Positions 1 through 9,227 of a DNA stretch of 64,000 nt are shown here, in pieces. The stretch is from the NCBI GenBank assembly GCA_050115495.1, contig JASFQK010000027.1:28701-92700 (forward strand), read 5' to 3'. The stretch comes from Phycisphaerae bacterium. GTDB taxonomy: Bacteria; Planctomycetota; Phycisphaerae; UBA1845; Fen-1342. Numbering within the stretch: position 1 is the stretch's first letter; every line of letters starts with the position of its first letter. A program made the translations under genes and the position numbers. Below the pieces are notes generated by a model, which was not told the origin of the DNA, searched no databases, and saw only the letters and a list, made by a program, of their open reading frames with translations.

Positions 1-987
1 CCGCGGGACATGACGGTACGCATCACGCTCTGCGACGGCACCAACTACGACTCGAAGCTCTACGTGTACGAGGGCGGCTACATGCCGGGTGCTCCCCTCG
101 CGTGCAGCGACGACTTCTGCGACGTTGCCTCCGAGCTGAGCGAGGTAGCGCTGACGGCGGACACAGCCTATTACATCGTCGTGGACGGGTACGGCAGCTC
201 CTCGGGGACCTACGTGCTGGACATGGTCGAGCTGGAGCCGGCGGAGTGCACGGACGACGCCGTGGTCAGCCAGCCGCTGGTGGCGCCGGACGCGGCGGTG
301 AGCTCGGACGCAGAGGTGGGGCAGTATCTCGCCGACAACTTCACGCTGGCCGAGGACGCCACGGTGTGCGCCGTGCGCTTGTGGGGCGTGGAGGCTTTCC
401 TGAACGGAACCGTGTGGGAGGAATGCGAAGAGCCCAACCCGGCGTTCGACGTGCACATCTACGGCGCCGGTGCCCAGATGCCGAACTACAACACGGTGAT
501 CTACGCGGCGCTGGACGTGCCGGCGGCGAAGGTCGAGACGCCCGCAGGTTACCTGGGCGATCCGATCTACCGCTATGACGTGGAGCTCCCCGACTGCTGT
601 GAGCTCCAGGCCGATACGGAGTACTGGATTGAAGTCGTCGGCCGCGGCCCGGAATCACCCTGCTGGTTCCTCTGGCTGAACGAGACGGCGGCCGACGTGG
701 GCGACAACCGGTCGTACTGGCGTGGGGCGATCCCGCCGACGAAGCTTTTCGACCTGGCGATCTGCCTCGGCACGGGGGTGAGCTGCCCGCTGGTGGGTGA
801 CGTCAGCGGCGACGGCATCGTGAACAACTTCGACATCGGCCCGTTCGTATACGCTATCACGCATACCGAGGCGGAGTTTGCAGTGCGGTTCCCCGACGGG
901 CACTACTGGTGTGCGAACGTGAACGGCGACGACATCGTGAACAACTTCGATATCAAGCCGTTTGTGAGCCTGTTGGTCGAGCCGTAG
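1..987 (+). CDS. Secreted/surface protein with C-terminal dockerin-like (paired EF-hand) domain; probably 5'-truncated by the window edge
   Basis: Frame is open from base 1. The C-terminus has duplicated Ca-binding motifs GDVSGDGIVNNFDIGPFV and ANVNGDDIVNNFDIKPFV; the body is acidic and Cys-containing. Confidence 0.75.
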   Translation, partial: PRDMTVRITLCDGTNYDSKLYVYEGGYMPGAPLACSDDFCDVASELSEVALTADTAYYIVVDGYGSSSGTYVLDMVELEPAECTDDAVVSQPLVAPDAAVSSDAEVGQYLADNFTLAEDATVCAVRLWGVEAFLNGTVWEECEEPNPAFDVHIYGAGAQMPNYNTVIYAALDVPAAKVETPAGYLGDPIYRYDVELPDCCELQADTEYWIEVVGRGPESPCWFLWLNETAADVGDNRSYWRGAIPPTKLFDLAICLGTGVSCPLVGDVSGDGIVNNFDIGPFVYAITHTEAEFAVRFPDGHYWCANVNGDDIVNNFDIKPFVSLLVEP

Positions 988-1990
988 CCGCCTCGCGGTT
1001 CGTCGCCGGCGTCGGGCGGGCCACGTTCTCCCACACGGCGGCGAGCACACCCCGGCGGAACGCCAGCCGCTTCAGCGGCAGGTGGGCCAGGTACAGGGCC
1101 TGGATCATCTCATTCTGCACGGCGGGGTCGGTACTTAGCTCGTCCGGCCGGCGGGCGATGATGGCGTCGAGCGTCTGCCGGATCTGCGGCTCGCGCCGGC
1201 TCTCGTGCGTCACGAACTGGTGGCAGTAATCGACCTCGTCCTGGTCGAGGGGGGTGCCGTAGATGGCCTGGTAGCACGCCGGATTGCACCGCCATAGCAG
1301 CACGGCCATGCGGCCCAGCGCGTGCTCGCGGTCGAGGTACTGCTCGAACGTGTAGCGGTGGTGGTGCGTGGCCCGCGGGGCGGGGGTGTACCAGACGCGC
1401 AGATCCTCGCCGTGTTGCAGGCGGAACGCCCACTCGAGATCGTCGAAGTTGACCGGCTTGAGATTCTCGTCGAACTGCACGCGTTCGGTGAAGTGCCGCG
1501 GCAGGGAGAGGTTCAGCGTCCAGGCGTGGCGGAAGTCGTACCACGACTCCGGGCGCATCTGGTCATAGAAGAAGATCATCGACGTGGTCTGAATCATGCG
1601 GTCGAAGACGGTTTCGTTGGCGTAACGCTGCCAGTCGGTCCGGCCGAGCACCATGGCCGGCCGTCCGAGCTGGGCGTGAGCGGCGAGGTGGGCAGCGATC
1701 AAGCCCGGTTCGGCGACGACATCATCGTTCAGCAGCAACAGCCATTCGCCGCGAGCCCGGGCGAAGCCGGCGTTGCGGGCCGCGCCCACGTTGCCGGCGG
1801 CGCTGCGGATTACGGTTAGCTCGAACGGCCACTCGGCGGGCGACCAGGACGGCCCCGGCTCCGGTCCGTTGTAAACGACGACGACTTCGAGCTGGCTCAG
1901 GTCGAACTGCTGCGCGGCCAGGGCCCACAGACCGGGTTCGAGCACGGCCGCCGGACGATTCGTTGGGATGACGACGGATACCTGTGGCAC
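953..1990 (-). CDS. Glycosyltransferase family 2
   Basis: VSVVIPT start, GAARNAG and LLLNDD motifs. GTG start at 1990 is preceded by GGAGG. Confidence 0.85.
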   Translation of the reverse strand: MPQVSVVIPTNRPAAVLEPGLWALAAQQFDLSQLEVVVVYNGPEPGPSWSPAEWPFELTVIRSAAGNVGAARNAGFARARGEWLLLLNDDVVAEPGLIAAHLAAHAQLGRPAMVLGRTDWQRYANETVFDRMIQTTSMIFFYDQMRPESWYDFRHAWTLNLSLPRHFTERVQFDENLKPVNFDDLEWAFRLQHGEDLRVWYTPAPRATHHHRYTFEQYLDREHALGRMAVLLWRCNPACYQAIYGTPLDQDEVDYCHQFVTHESRREPQIRQTLDAIIARRPDELSTDPAVQNEMIQALYLAHLPLKRLAFRRGVLAAVWENVARPTPATNREAATARPTGSQTA

Positions 1991-2045
1991 GGCATCCTCC
2001 TGACACGGCCCGGGCGAGAGGGGGCGTGGAGTGCCCGTGCAGATT

Positions 2046-4493
2046 TTATCGGCTGCTCGCGACGGTTTCCTGAACTGGGCGAGACGCCGGTGGTGTCGGC
2101 TGTTGGGGCTCGTCTGCGCCAAGCCTCTCGGTCAGCCAGGCCAGCACGCGTCGAACGAGGGCCCCGTAGCCGAATGTCGCCAGGGCCTGCTCACGCATGT
2201 CGGCGGCGATAGCGGCCCGGGCCGCATCGTCGCTCAGGAACTGGGTCAGCCGCTCGCGGAATTCGTCCCGGGTGGCGAAGGTGATCCGGTCCAGCTCGGG
2301 CCAGATCTCGCCGGCGGTGGGGGTGGTCCACTGGTCGTCGTGCGCCCATCTGACGATGTCGGGCGTGATCCTGACCGGCTCCGTCGGGTCGACCGAGCGC
2401 ATGTTCAGGATCGCCGTCCACTGGCTGGCCAGCGGCGGTGGCAGTTCCTGGGGGTCGAACAAGTCGCCCGGTTGCAGATCGCGCTCGTAGACGGCGGCCC
2501 GCAGGGCACTCTTGATCGCGAAGTCGAGGTCGTCGGCGTGGCGGCGGACCAGGAAGAACCCGCCGGCGGCGAGACCGTCGAGCACGCGCTGGTGGAGTGC
2601 CGTGTTGCAGCCGGAGTGCAGGTTGACCTTCGCGCTGCGGAAGGCGGCGCCAAGCTCCGGTCCGTGTGGGAGGTAGCCGCGGGCATAGCGGGCATAGCGC
2701 GGGTGTGCGTCCCAGCCGTTGCCGTACAGGTGGAAACGGTGCCCGGTTTCCTCCGCCCACTCTGCCGTCCATTCGATCGTTTGCAGCCGGAGCAGGCGGT
2801 CGATGAGTGGGCGAACGAACACGCCCATGACCTCGGTGGCTGTGGCCAGCGGCAGGTCCACGCCCAAGGCTTGCGCCCGCCGGTTGATGTAGCGCTCGCC
2901 GGCGAAGCCACCGTTGAGCTGGTTCCGTGCCGCGCAGGCGCAGAGGTCCTCATACACAACATCCACCAGCCTGCGCACGATCTCGTGCTGCCGCTTGCGG
3001 AAATCGGCGTGGAACTGGTCCGGTGCGGTGAAGCAGTTCGTGGCGTAGGCCGCGTCGCAGCCGAGGCGCTCCGCGGCCGCGCGTTCCGTCTCGTCGTCGA
3101 CCGGGCGCAGCGCCGCCGGGCGTGTGGCCATCTCGCTGGCCAGGAAACGGTCCGCCGCATAGCCGTAGTCGCGAACCAGCTCGTCGCGGCAGAAACCGAT
3201 GCAGAAATCGAGCGGCCCGAGGTTCTCGCCAGTCTCGCTGGAAAACAGCCAGGGCAATCGATCCTGGACCCACGTGACAATCGGCAGGTTGTCGAGGTGA
3301 GTCAGCTTCTGGTTGTAGCGCGTGTGGTCGATGAGCAACAACAGATCCGGCTCGAATTCTCGAACCGTCTCGAGCCTCTGCCGCGGCGAGATGCGCGAGT
3401 GGTCGTCGGGTTCGATGAGCATTCGCGTCTGCCAGCCGGCCTCGGCAAAGCCCGCCAGCGCGTCGCGTGCTGAGTATTGCAGCACCGTCGTGAATCGGGA
3501 GGTCATGCCCAGCACGCGCAGTGGCGGACCTTCCCCGGCCAATGCCGCAGTGAAACGTCGGTGCCACCACTGACCATCCCGGCCTTCGTACAGCGTGCGG
3601 ACCTCGTTCTCCAGGCCGGCTTGCCGAACCGCGTCCCGCTCGGCGAAGGCCGTCATGACTTCCCGGGCGCGGCCGGTGGTGTGCGGGTCCCACGGCGTCG
3701 CCGCGACAACGGTCACCGGTGGGAAGTTCCAGCGGTCCGCGTCCAGCCACTGGGCGAGTTGGTCGTACGCTTGCGGACCGGCGCACAAACGCACGCGCGG
3801 GTCGGCGATCAGCTCGCGCCAGTCGTGCAGGTGCATGGCGACCGCCAGAGCCGGCAGCGAGGCCTCCACCTGGTAGATCAAGGCGGTGGCTCCGAGCATC
3901 GTGTCCGCGGTCGCCGCATGTAGCCAGGGCAGGTGATAGCCGAGCCCCACGCCGTCGATGACAAACGGCACGAGGATCTTGCCGCGGAACTGGGCGGCGA
4001 ACTCGTCGGCCGGCGGCAAAGGCCGGTGGTCGCCGAAGCAAGGCCGCCAGCCTCCCGCCGCGTTCTCTCGCGAATCGTATACCTGCCATACTGCGTCGCG
4101 GGTGACGTGCAGTTCGAGGTGTGGCCGGGCCTCCTGCCAGGCTTCGGCGAGGCGGTCGGCCCAGTCGTATCGGCGACGCAGAACGTCCAGATTGGCGGCG
4201 AACTGGCCGGCGAAGCGGTGCCAGGCGACCTGGCCGCCGGGTGTGCCCGTCTCCAGCACGCGGCGGAGCTGGGCGAAATCCGGGGCATCGCGGACCGCCG
4301 GCGAGAGGCCCTCGGCGAGGGCGGCGGCTCGGCGGAGCAGGCCACGCTCGGCCAGGCACTGGACGGCCAGCAGGCACAGTTCATCGTGCTGCACGCCTTG
4401 GGCCAGTGCGGTCGAGGCAAGCTGGATGAACTGTGTCTGGTTTCCCGTGCGGCCCATGGCCAACAGCGAATCGATTGTAAAAGTCTGTGGCAT
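2046..4493 (-). CDS. Multidomain glycosyltransferase-like protein (Maf/DUF115-like middle region, CgeB/Glyco_trans_1_2-like C-terminus)
   Basis: Likely ATG at 4493 (MPQTFTID). IDGVGLGYHL motif; C-terminal FHLYGNGW...SAKVNLH...HQRVLDGLAAGGFFL...ARAAIA resembles CgeB-type GT-B domains. Confidence 0.65.
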   Translation of the reverse strand: MPQTFTIDSLLAMGRTGNQTQFIQLASTALAQGVQHDELCLLAVQCLAERGLLRRAAALAEGLSPAVRDAPDFAQLRRVLETGTPGGQVAWHRFAGQFAANLDVLRRRYDWADRLAEAWQEARPHLELHVTRDAVWQVYDSRENAAGGWRPCFGDHRPLPPADEFAAQFRGKILVPFVIDGVGLGYHLPWLHAATADTMLGATALIYQVEASLPALAVAMHLHDWRELIADPRVRLCAGPQAYDQLAQWLDADRWNFPPVTVVAATPWDPHTTGRAREVMTAFAERDAVRQAGLENEVRTLYEGRDGQWWHRRFTAALAGEGPPLRVLGMTSRFTTVLQYSARDALAGFAEAGWQTRMLIEPDDHSRISPRQRLETVREFEPDLLLLIDHTRYNQKLTHLDNLPIVTWVQDRLPWLFSSETGENLGPLDFCIGFCRDELVRDYGYAADRFLASEMATRPAALRPVDDETERAAAERLGCDAAYATNCFTAPDQFHADFRKRQHEIVRRLVDVVYEDLCACAARNQLNGGFAGERYINRRAQALGVDLPLATATEVMGVFVRPLIDRLLRLQTIEWTAEWAEETGHRFHLYGNGWDAHPRYARYARGYLPHGPELGAAFRSAKVNLHSGCNTALHQRVLDGLAAGGFFLVRRHADDLDFAIKSALRAAVYERDLQPGDLFDPQELPPPLASQWTAILNMRSVDPTEPVRITPDIVRWAHDDQWTTPTAGEIWPELDRITFATRDEFRERLTQFLSDDAARAAIAADMREQALATFGYGALVRRVLAWLTERLGADEPQQPTPPASRPVQETVASSR

Positions 4494-4528
4494 AGCGAGC
4501 ACGCTCAACGGGGTCCGTCCCCGCGGAC

Positions 4529-4583
4529 GTATCGACGGACAAGGGGACTCGTCTAAAGGCAACGGCGGCGGAAGTGCCGATAA
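4529..4583. promoter_or_regulatory. Candidate divergent sigma28 (FliA)-like promoters
   Basis: Plus strand: GCCGATAA at 4576-4583 with TAAA at 4554 (18-nt spacer, non-canonical). Minus strand: TAGA-N15-GTCGATAC (4555-4529). Confidence 0.4.
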
Positions 4584-4616
4584 CACGGAAAGGCAGACAT
4601 TGTTTGCGCGTGGTCG

Positions 4617-6083
4617 ATGGCACGAGGCTGGAGCCGACGCTTGGGTCAGCCCTTGGCACGGCACAACTCGGATGGATGCGGGCTGCGCCGCCGGCCGCAG
4701 GACGCCGGGCGGCCCGACGTCTCGATCATCATTCCCTGCTACAACGCGGCGACGACCGTTGTCGAGACGCTGGCCAGCGTACAGGCTCAGACGCACGAGA
4801 ACTGGCAGGCCGTGTGCGTTGATGATGAGTCGACCGATCGCACGCCCGAACTGCTCCATGCCGTGAGCGGTGAAGACGCTCGCATCTGCCCGCTGCGCGT
4901 TCCGCACGGCGGGCTGGCGTCGGCGCGCAATCGCGGGCTGACGGCGGCCATCGCCGAACGCGTGCTGTTCCTCGATGCGGACGACGTACTGCGGCCCGAT
5001 GCCCTGGCGACACTGCTGCGGGCGGCGTCGCAACTGGACGAGCACACGGTTATCAGCGGCGGGTTCGAACTGCTCACGGAGCAGGGACGGCCACTGCCGG
5101 CGTGCGTGTTTCGACCGCTGCCGGACAACTCGTTCGACGCGTTTCTGCGGGGCAACCGGATCAGCGTGGTGGCGCTCGTGCCGCGCGTGCTGCTCGGCCC
5201 GCGGGCGTTCGACGAGAGCCTGCCGGCGTGCGAGGACTGGGACTTGTGGCTGCGACTGTGCGACGCGGGTGTGTCCATCGCCAGCGTGCCCCGCGTGTTG
5301 TTTGGCTATCGCCTGCGTGGCGGGAGTCTGAGCGGTCGGGCCGACCTGATGCACGCCGCCGGCCGGCGTGTGCTCGATCGGTGGCTGCCGCGGGCCCGTC
5401 GCCATACGCAGGTGCGCGACGTACGGCATCTGTGGGCGGCGCAATGCGGGGCGCAGGCCCTGGCCGCCGGCCAGCCCGAGGCGATTGGGGACTACTTCGC
5501 TGACCTGGAGCCGCTGGTACCGACGGACGGTTTCGCGGCGGTCGTGGCACACGGCATTCACGCTGCGTATCGAGCGATTCACGGAGCGAGCGGGGCGTTG
5601 TGGCGGGATCACGCCGACCGCTGGCTGGCGGAGATCGACGCGTGGCTGCCCGCCGGTCCGTTGGCGGCTTGCGCTGACGCGATCGCTGCGCACCTGGCGG
5701 CGGCGGTGGTCGACACGGATGGGCGGCTGGACGTGTTGCGTGCGTTGCTCGAACGTCGGCCGGACGCGCAGCGGCTTGTTGTCTACGGGCTCGGTCAGAA
5801 TGGCCTGCTATTGCTGGAGCGGCTGCGCGACCAGAGTTGGCTGCGCTCGCGTGAGTTGCAGGTTGCCGACGATTACGCGGATGCACTGACGGTTGATCTG
5901 ATCGGGCGGCCGCGCGTGTGGCCGAGCCGCTGGACGGAGTGGCCGGCGGAGACCGTGGCGGTCATCACGCCGGATGTGCCGGCGCCGCAGCGGGCGGTGC
6001 TGATCGGGGCAGGGGGCCGGGAAGGAACGGATTTCGTTGTGCTGGCGGGTGACGGTGTGGTCGCTGCGTCGGCGTCGAGTTAG
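4617..6083 (+). CDS. Glycosyltransferase family 2 with C-terminal Rossmann-like module
   Basis: VSIIIPCYN, VDDESTD, ARNRG, FLDADD and EDWDLW motifs; C-terminal LVVYGLGQNG. Start uncertain. Confidence 0.85.
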   Translation: MARGWSRRLGQPLARHNSDGCGLRRRPQDAGRPDVSIIIPCYNAATTVVETLASVQAQTHENWQAVCVDDESTDRTPELLHAVSGEDARICPLRVPHGGLASARNRGLTAAIAERVLFLDADDVLRPDALATLLRAASQLDEHTVISGGFELLTEQGRPLPACVFRPLPDNSFDAFLRGNRISVVALVPRVLLGPRAFDESLPACEDWDLWLRLCDAGVSIASVPRVLFGYRLRGGSLSGRADLMHAAGRRVLDRWLPRARRHTQVRDVRHLWAAQCGAQALAAGQPEAIGDYFADLEPLVPTDGFAAVVAHGIHAAYRAIHGASGALWRDHADRWLAEIDAWLPAGPLAACADAIAAHLAAAVVDTDGRLDVLRALLERRPDAQRLVVYGLGQNGLLLLERLRDQSWLRSRELQVADDYADALTVDLIGRPRVWPSRWTEWPAETVAVITPDVPAPQRAVLIGAGGREGTDFVVLAGDGVVAASASS

Positions 6084-6092
6084 TGGAGAGGG

Positions 6093-7646
6093 GTGCTGAT
6101 GCAGTCCTGGCCGATCACGTTTTCGCTGCCGCAGGGTCTGACGGTGAACGGCGTGACCACGTGGGTGCTGCGCGTGGCGGCGGCGTTGGCCGAGCGCGGC
6201 CACGAGGTGCGGCTGGTTGTGCACGCGGCCCAGCAGGGGCATCGATCGTTCGACGCCGAGCGGCTCGAGCTCGGCCGGAACGTGCGGGTGATTGCGGCTC
6301 CCGACCTGTACGACGCCGGCACGTGGGACAGTTGCCTGCGGATCTACAGCGACCTGCTGCCGACGGTGCTGCAACCGAACGTGATTGCCGAAAGCTTCGC
6401 GGTCGCCGCGGCGCTGGCGGTGGCGCGAGCGGACGAGCTACGCGTCGTCGGCTGGAGCCATATCGACGACGCCTACGACTTCACCTGCCTGTCCTACTAC
6501 GAGCCGGTCATTCATCGCTTCGGGGCGGTGAGCCGGCATTGTGCGGCGGCGCTGGCTGGGCGAATCCCGACGCGAGCTGCGGACATCGAGCATGTGCCCA
6601 ACGGCGTGGCGGTGCCGGAGGAGCGGCCGCGGCGGGCGCTCGCCGATCGAGCGCTTCGACTCATCTACGCCGGTCGGATGGACCAGGATCAGAAGCGTGT
6701 GTTCGACCTGGTGGCCCTGGCGGTCGAACTGGATCGCCGCGGGCTGCGGTTCGAGATGCGGTTGGTGGGCGACGGGCCGCAGGCGGATGAGCTGCGCGAG
6801 CGCATCGCGGCGGCGGCGGGGGCGTTTCGCGATCGGCGGAATGTGCTGCGGCTGGAGCGGCCGGTACCGCTGGAGCGGATGCCGGGCGTGTGGTCCTGGG
6901 CGGACGTGTCGGTGCTGGCGTCGAATCGCGAGGGGTTCAGCCTTTCGATGGTCGAGTCGATGGCCTGCGGCTGCGTGCCGGTCGTCACTCGCGTCGACAG
7001 CGGCGTCGGCGAGGTGCTCGTCGAGGGACAGAATGGCCTGACGTTCCCGGTCGGTGACGTGCCGGCGGCGGCGGAGTGCGTGCTGCGGCTGGCGCGGGAC
7101 GAAGATGCGCTGCGGGGCATGTCGGCGGCGGCGCGGGCGGCGGTGCAGGCGTACTGCCCGTTCGACGGCTTCGTGACGCAGGTGGCGAGCGTTTTCGAGC
7201 GGGCGGTGGCGGCGGCGCCGCGGCCGTGGTCGGCGGCGCGACCGCTGCGGATGAACGCGCCGGACGCCGGCGCGGGTGGGACGATCCCCAGCGATGCGGC
7301 GGCGCGGTTGCGGGGCGTGTTGCAGGCGATCGCGGCGGATGGCGGCGGGCCGGTGGCGATCTACGGGGCGGGGAATCACACGCGGGCGCTGGCGGCGGTC
7401 TGGGCCGATTCGCCGGTGGAAGTGGTGGCAGTGATCGACGATGAGGGCGTGCTGCGCGGGCGGCGGCTGTGGGGCTGGCCGATTGTGTCGCCGGAAGAGG
7501 CGGCCCGGCTGGGCGCGCGGGCGGTCGTCATCAGCTCGTGGATGCATGAAGAGGAGATCTGCCAGCGACGCGGCCCGGCTCTCTCGGCGGCGGGGCTGAG
7601 CGTGTGCCGGCTGTACGCGCCCACTGCCGAACCGGCGGTCACGTAG
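6093..7646 (+). CDS. Glycosyltransferase family 4 with C-terminal Rossmann-like module
   Basis: YAGRMDQDQKR and EGFSLSMVESMACG GT-B motifs; C-terminal VAIYGAGNHT...VIDD. Confidence 0.85.
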   Translation: MLMQSWPITFSLPQGLTVNGVTTWVLRVAAALAERGHEVRLVVHAAQQGHRSFDAERLELGRNVRVIAAPDLYDAGTWDSCLRIYSDLLPTVLQPNVIAESFAVAAALAVARADELRVVGWSHIDDAYDFTCLSYYEPVIHRFGAVSRHCAAALAGRIPTRAADIEHVPNGVAVPEERPRRALADRALRLIYAGRMDQDQKRVFDLVALAVELDRRGLRFEMRLVGDGPQADELRERIAAAAGAFRDRRNVLRLERPVPLERMPGVWSWADVSVLASNREGFSLSMVESMACGCVPVVTRVDSGVGEVLVEGQNGLTFPVGDVPAAAECVLRLARDEDALRGMSAAARAAVQAYCPFDGFVTQVASVFERAVAAAPRPWSAARPLRMNAPDAGAGGTIPSDAAARLRGVLQAIAADGGGPVAIYGAGNHTRALAAVWADSPVEVVAVIDDEGVLRGRRLWGWPIVSPEEAARLGARAVVISSWMHEEEICQRRGPALSAAGLSVCRLYAPTAEPAVT

Positions 7647-7893
7647 CGTCTGGGCGACGTACTGGACGTCTTCGTAGCGTCGGCCCCCCGTGGCCGACGT
7701 CGGTTGCCGAAATGCGTTTGCTTTGCGGGAGCGTGGCATGCTGAAGCTGAAGGCGCCGGTATGTCTTCCTCTCGCATCGGGGATCACATGCCGGCGCTGC
7801 GCTTCGGCATGCCACACTCCGTGTCGGACGTCGATTGCCGACAGATGTTCGTCTTCCCGGCGGCCGAAGAGCACTGCTCAAGAGCAGTGGCAC
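7643..7893. repeat. REP/REPIN-like palindrome cluster, copy 1
   Basis: Two GTAG-headed palindromes (7643-7702), a long hairpin (7728-7820) and CACTGCTC-AA-GAGCAGTG-GCAC (7872-7893). Shared with 21923-22127. Confidence 0.75.
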
Positions 7894-7906
7894 GCCGTGG
7901 CGGGGT

Positions 7907-8857
7907 TCACACTTGCGGCAATGCCGGCGGTGGCGTGCGGCGTTGGCGGGCTTCGCGGCGCCAGCTTAGCGCGAGCCAGCCGGCGACGCTCAACAGGATC
8001 AGCGGGCCGCCGATGCAGGTCGGCAGCGGTACGACCTCGCCGACGATGAGGAACGTCCACGTGGGGTTCAGCACCGCCTCGAGCAGCAGGATCAGGCTGG
8101 CTCGGTGCGCCTCAACGCGTTGCAGCGACCACGAGAACAATACGTACGGCAGCGTGAACTGCACGACGCTGAGCACGAACACCAGCAACCACGCCCGCGG
8201 GCCCAGCAGGATCTGCCCGCAGAGCAGCGATGGCACCAGCAGCAACAGCCCGGAGCCGAGGGCGTTAATGGCGGCGACGACGAACGGATCCACCCGCCGC
8301 AAGCCACGCAGCATCACCGTCAGTGCTCCATAGCCGAGTCCGCTGGTCAGCGCGACGGTGAGGTTGGCCGCGTCCGTGCGGGCACTGCCGAAGAAGATGA
8401 CGGCCACGCCCGCGGTCGCCACCAGCAGGACCAGCCCCTCCGCTCGCCCAGGTTTCTCGCGCAGCAGCAGCGGCGCCAACAGAAACACCCAGATCGGTGA
8501 CGTGTATTGCAGAATGATCGCGTTGGCGGCGGCGGTCTGCGTCGTGGCGATGCAGAAGCACGCCGTCATCAGCGTGAACATCGATACCGAGCCGATCGGC
8601 CAGAACGGGCTGGCATTACTCAGCGTTCGCCGGCGCCGCCAGGCCAGCGGCAGGAAGAGGATGCCGCCCAGCAGCGAGCGGTAGCAGGCGATGGTCAGGC
8701 CGGGGACGTCCTCTTGGTCGAGCAGCTTGATGAGCGGGCCGTTGAGGCTCCACAGCAGAGCGCACAGCACGAGGCCCAATACGCCGAGCCACGGGCGCGG
8801 GACGGATTGAGGTGTCGCGGCGTTCACGACGGGGTCATCTCGCGGGCCGGGGCACAA
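7907..8857 (-). CDS. EamA/DMT family transporter
   Basis: About 10 hydrophobic segments; ANAIILQYTSPIWV, LLREK and LLEAVLNP motifs. Start may be 8827. Confidence 0.85.
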   Translation of the reverse strand: MCPGPRDDPVVNAATPQSVPRPWLGVLGLVLCALLWSLNGPLIKLLDQEDVPGLTIACYRSLLGGILFLPLAWRRRRTLSNASPFWPIGSVSMFTLMTACFCIATTQTAAANAIILQYTSPIWVFLLAPLLLREKPGRAEGLVLLVATAGVAVIFFGSARTDAANLTVALTSGLGYGALTVMLRGLRRVDPFVVAAINALGSGLLLLVPSLLCGQILLGPRAWLLVFVLSVVQFTLPYVLFSWSLQRVEAHRASLILLLEAVLNPTWTFLIVGEVVPLPTCIGGPLILLSVAGWLALSWRREARQRRTPPPALPQV

Positions 8858-8869
8858 TGCGCGGCGCTG

Positions 8870-9172
8870 CTACTCGCAGAGCTTCTGTTGCACGCTGCGG
8901 ATCTTGTCGTCCATCGTTTGCGAGCGGTCGGTGCGGGTGCCGAGCTTGATCGTCGTGGAGATGCGCGGGGCGCCCATCTCGTGCACAACCTCGTGGCAAC
9001 GCTTGATGGCAGCGAAGACGCGGTCCCACTCCCCCTCGATGTTGGTGCCGTAGGCGTGCAACTGGATGCTCAGGCCGGCCTCGGTCAGCACGCGTTCGCA
9101 GGCCGCCACGTACTTCGAAACCGACACGCCGACGCCGACGGGCACGACGCACAGGTCAGCAATCACGTTCAT
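8870..9172 (-). CDS. MTH1187/YkoF family thiamine-binding protein
   Basis: MNVIADLCVVPVGVGVSVSKYVA...HAYGTNIEGEWD...RTDRSQTMDDKIRSV; GGAG upstream. Confidence 0.88.
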   Translation of the reverse strand: MNVIADLCVVPVGVGVSVSKYVAACERVLTEAGLSIQLHAYGTNIEGEWDRVFAAIKRCHEVVHEMGAPRISTTIKLGTRTDRSQTMDDKIRSVQQKLCE

Positions 9173-9227
9173 GAGCGAAGTCTCCTTGGGCGGCGCGTAT
9201 TGTACACCGGGCAGCGTCGGGCGCGGG

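Noticed and set aside
780..987. Dockerin as evidence for a cellulosome
   Set aside because: No cohesin or scaffoldin in the window; such tails are common on planctomycete secreted proteins.
4494..5693. N-terminal 400 aa of the 1215-aa minus-strand ORF
   Set aside because: Antisense shadow of the plus-strand GT2; the real start is likely ATG 4493.
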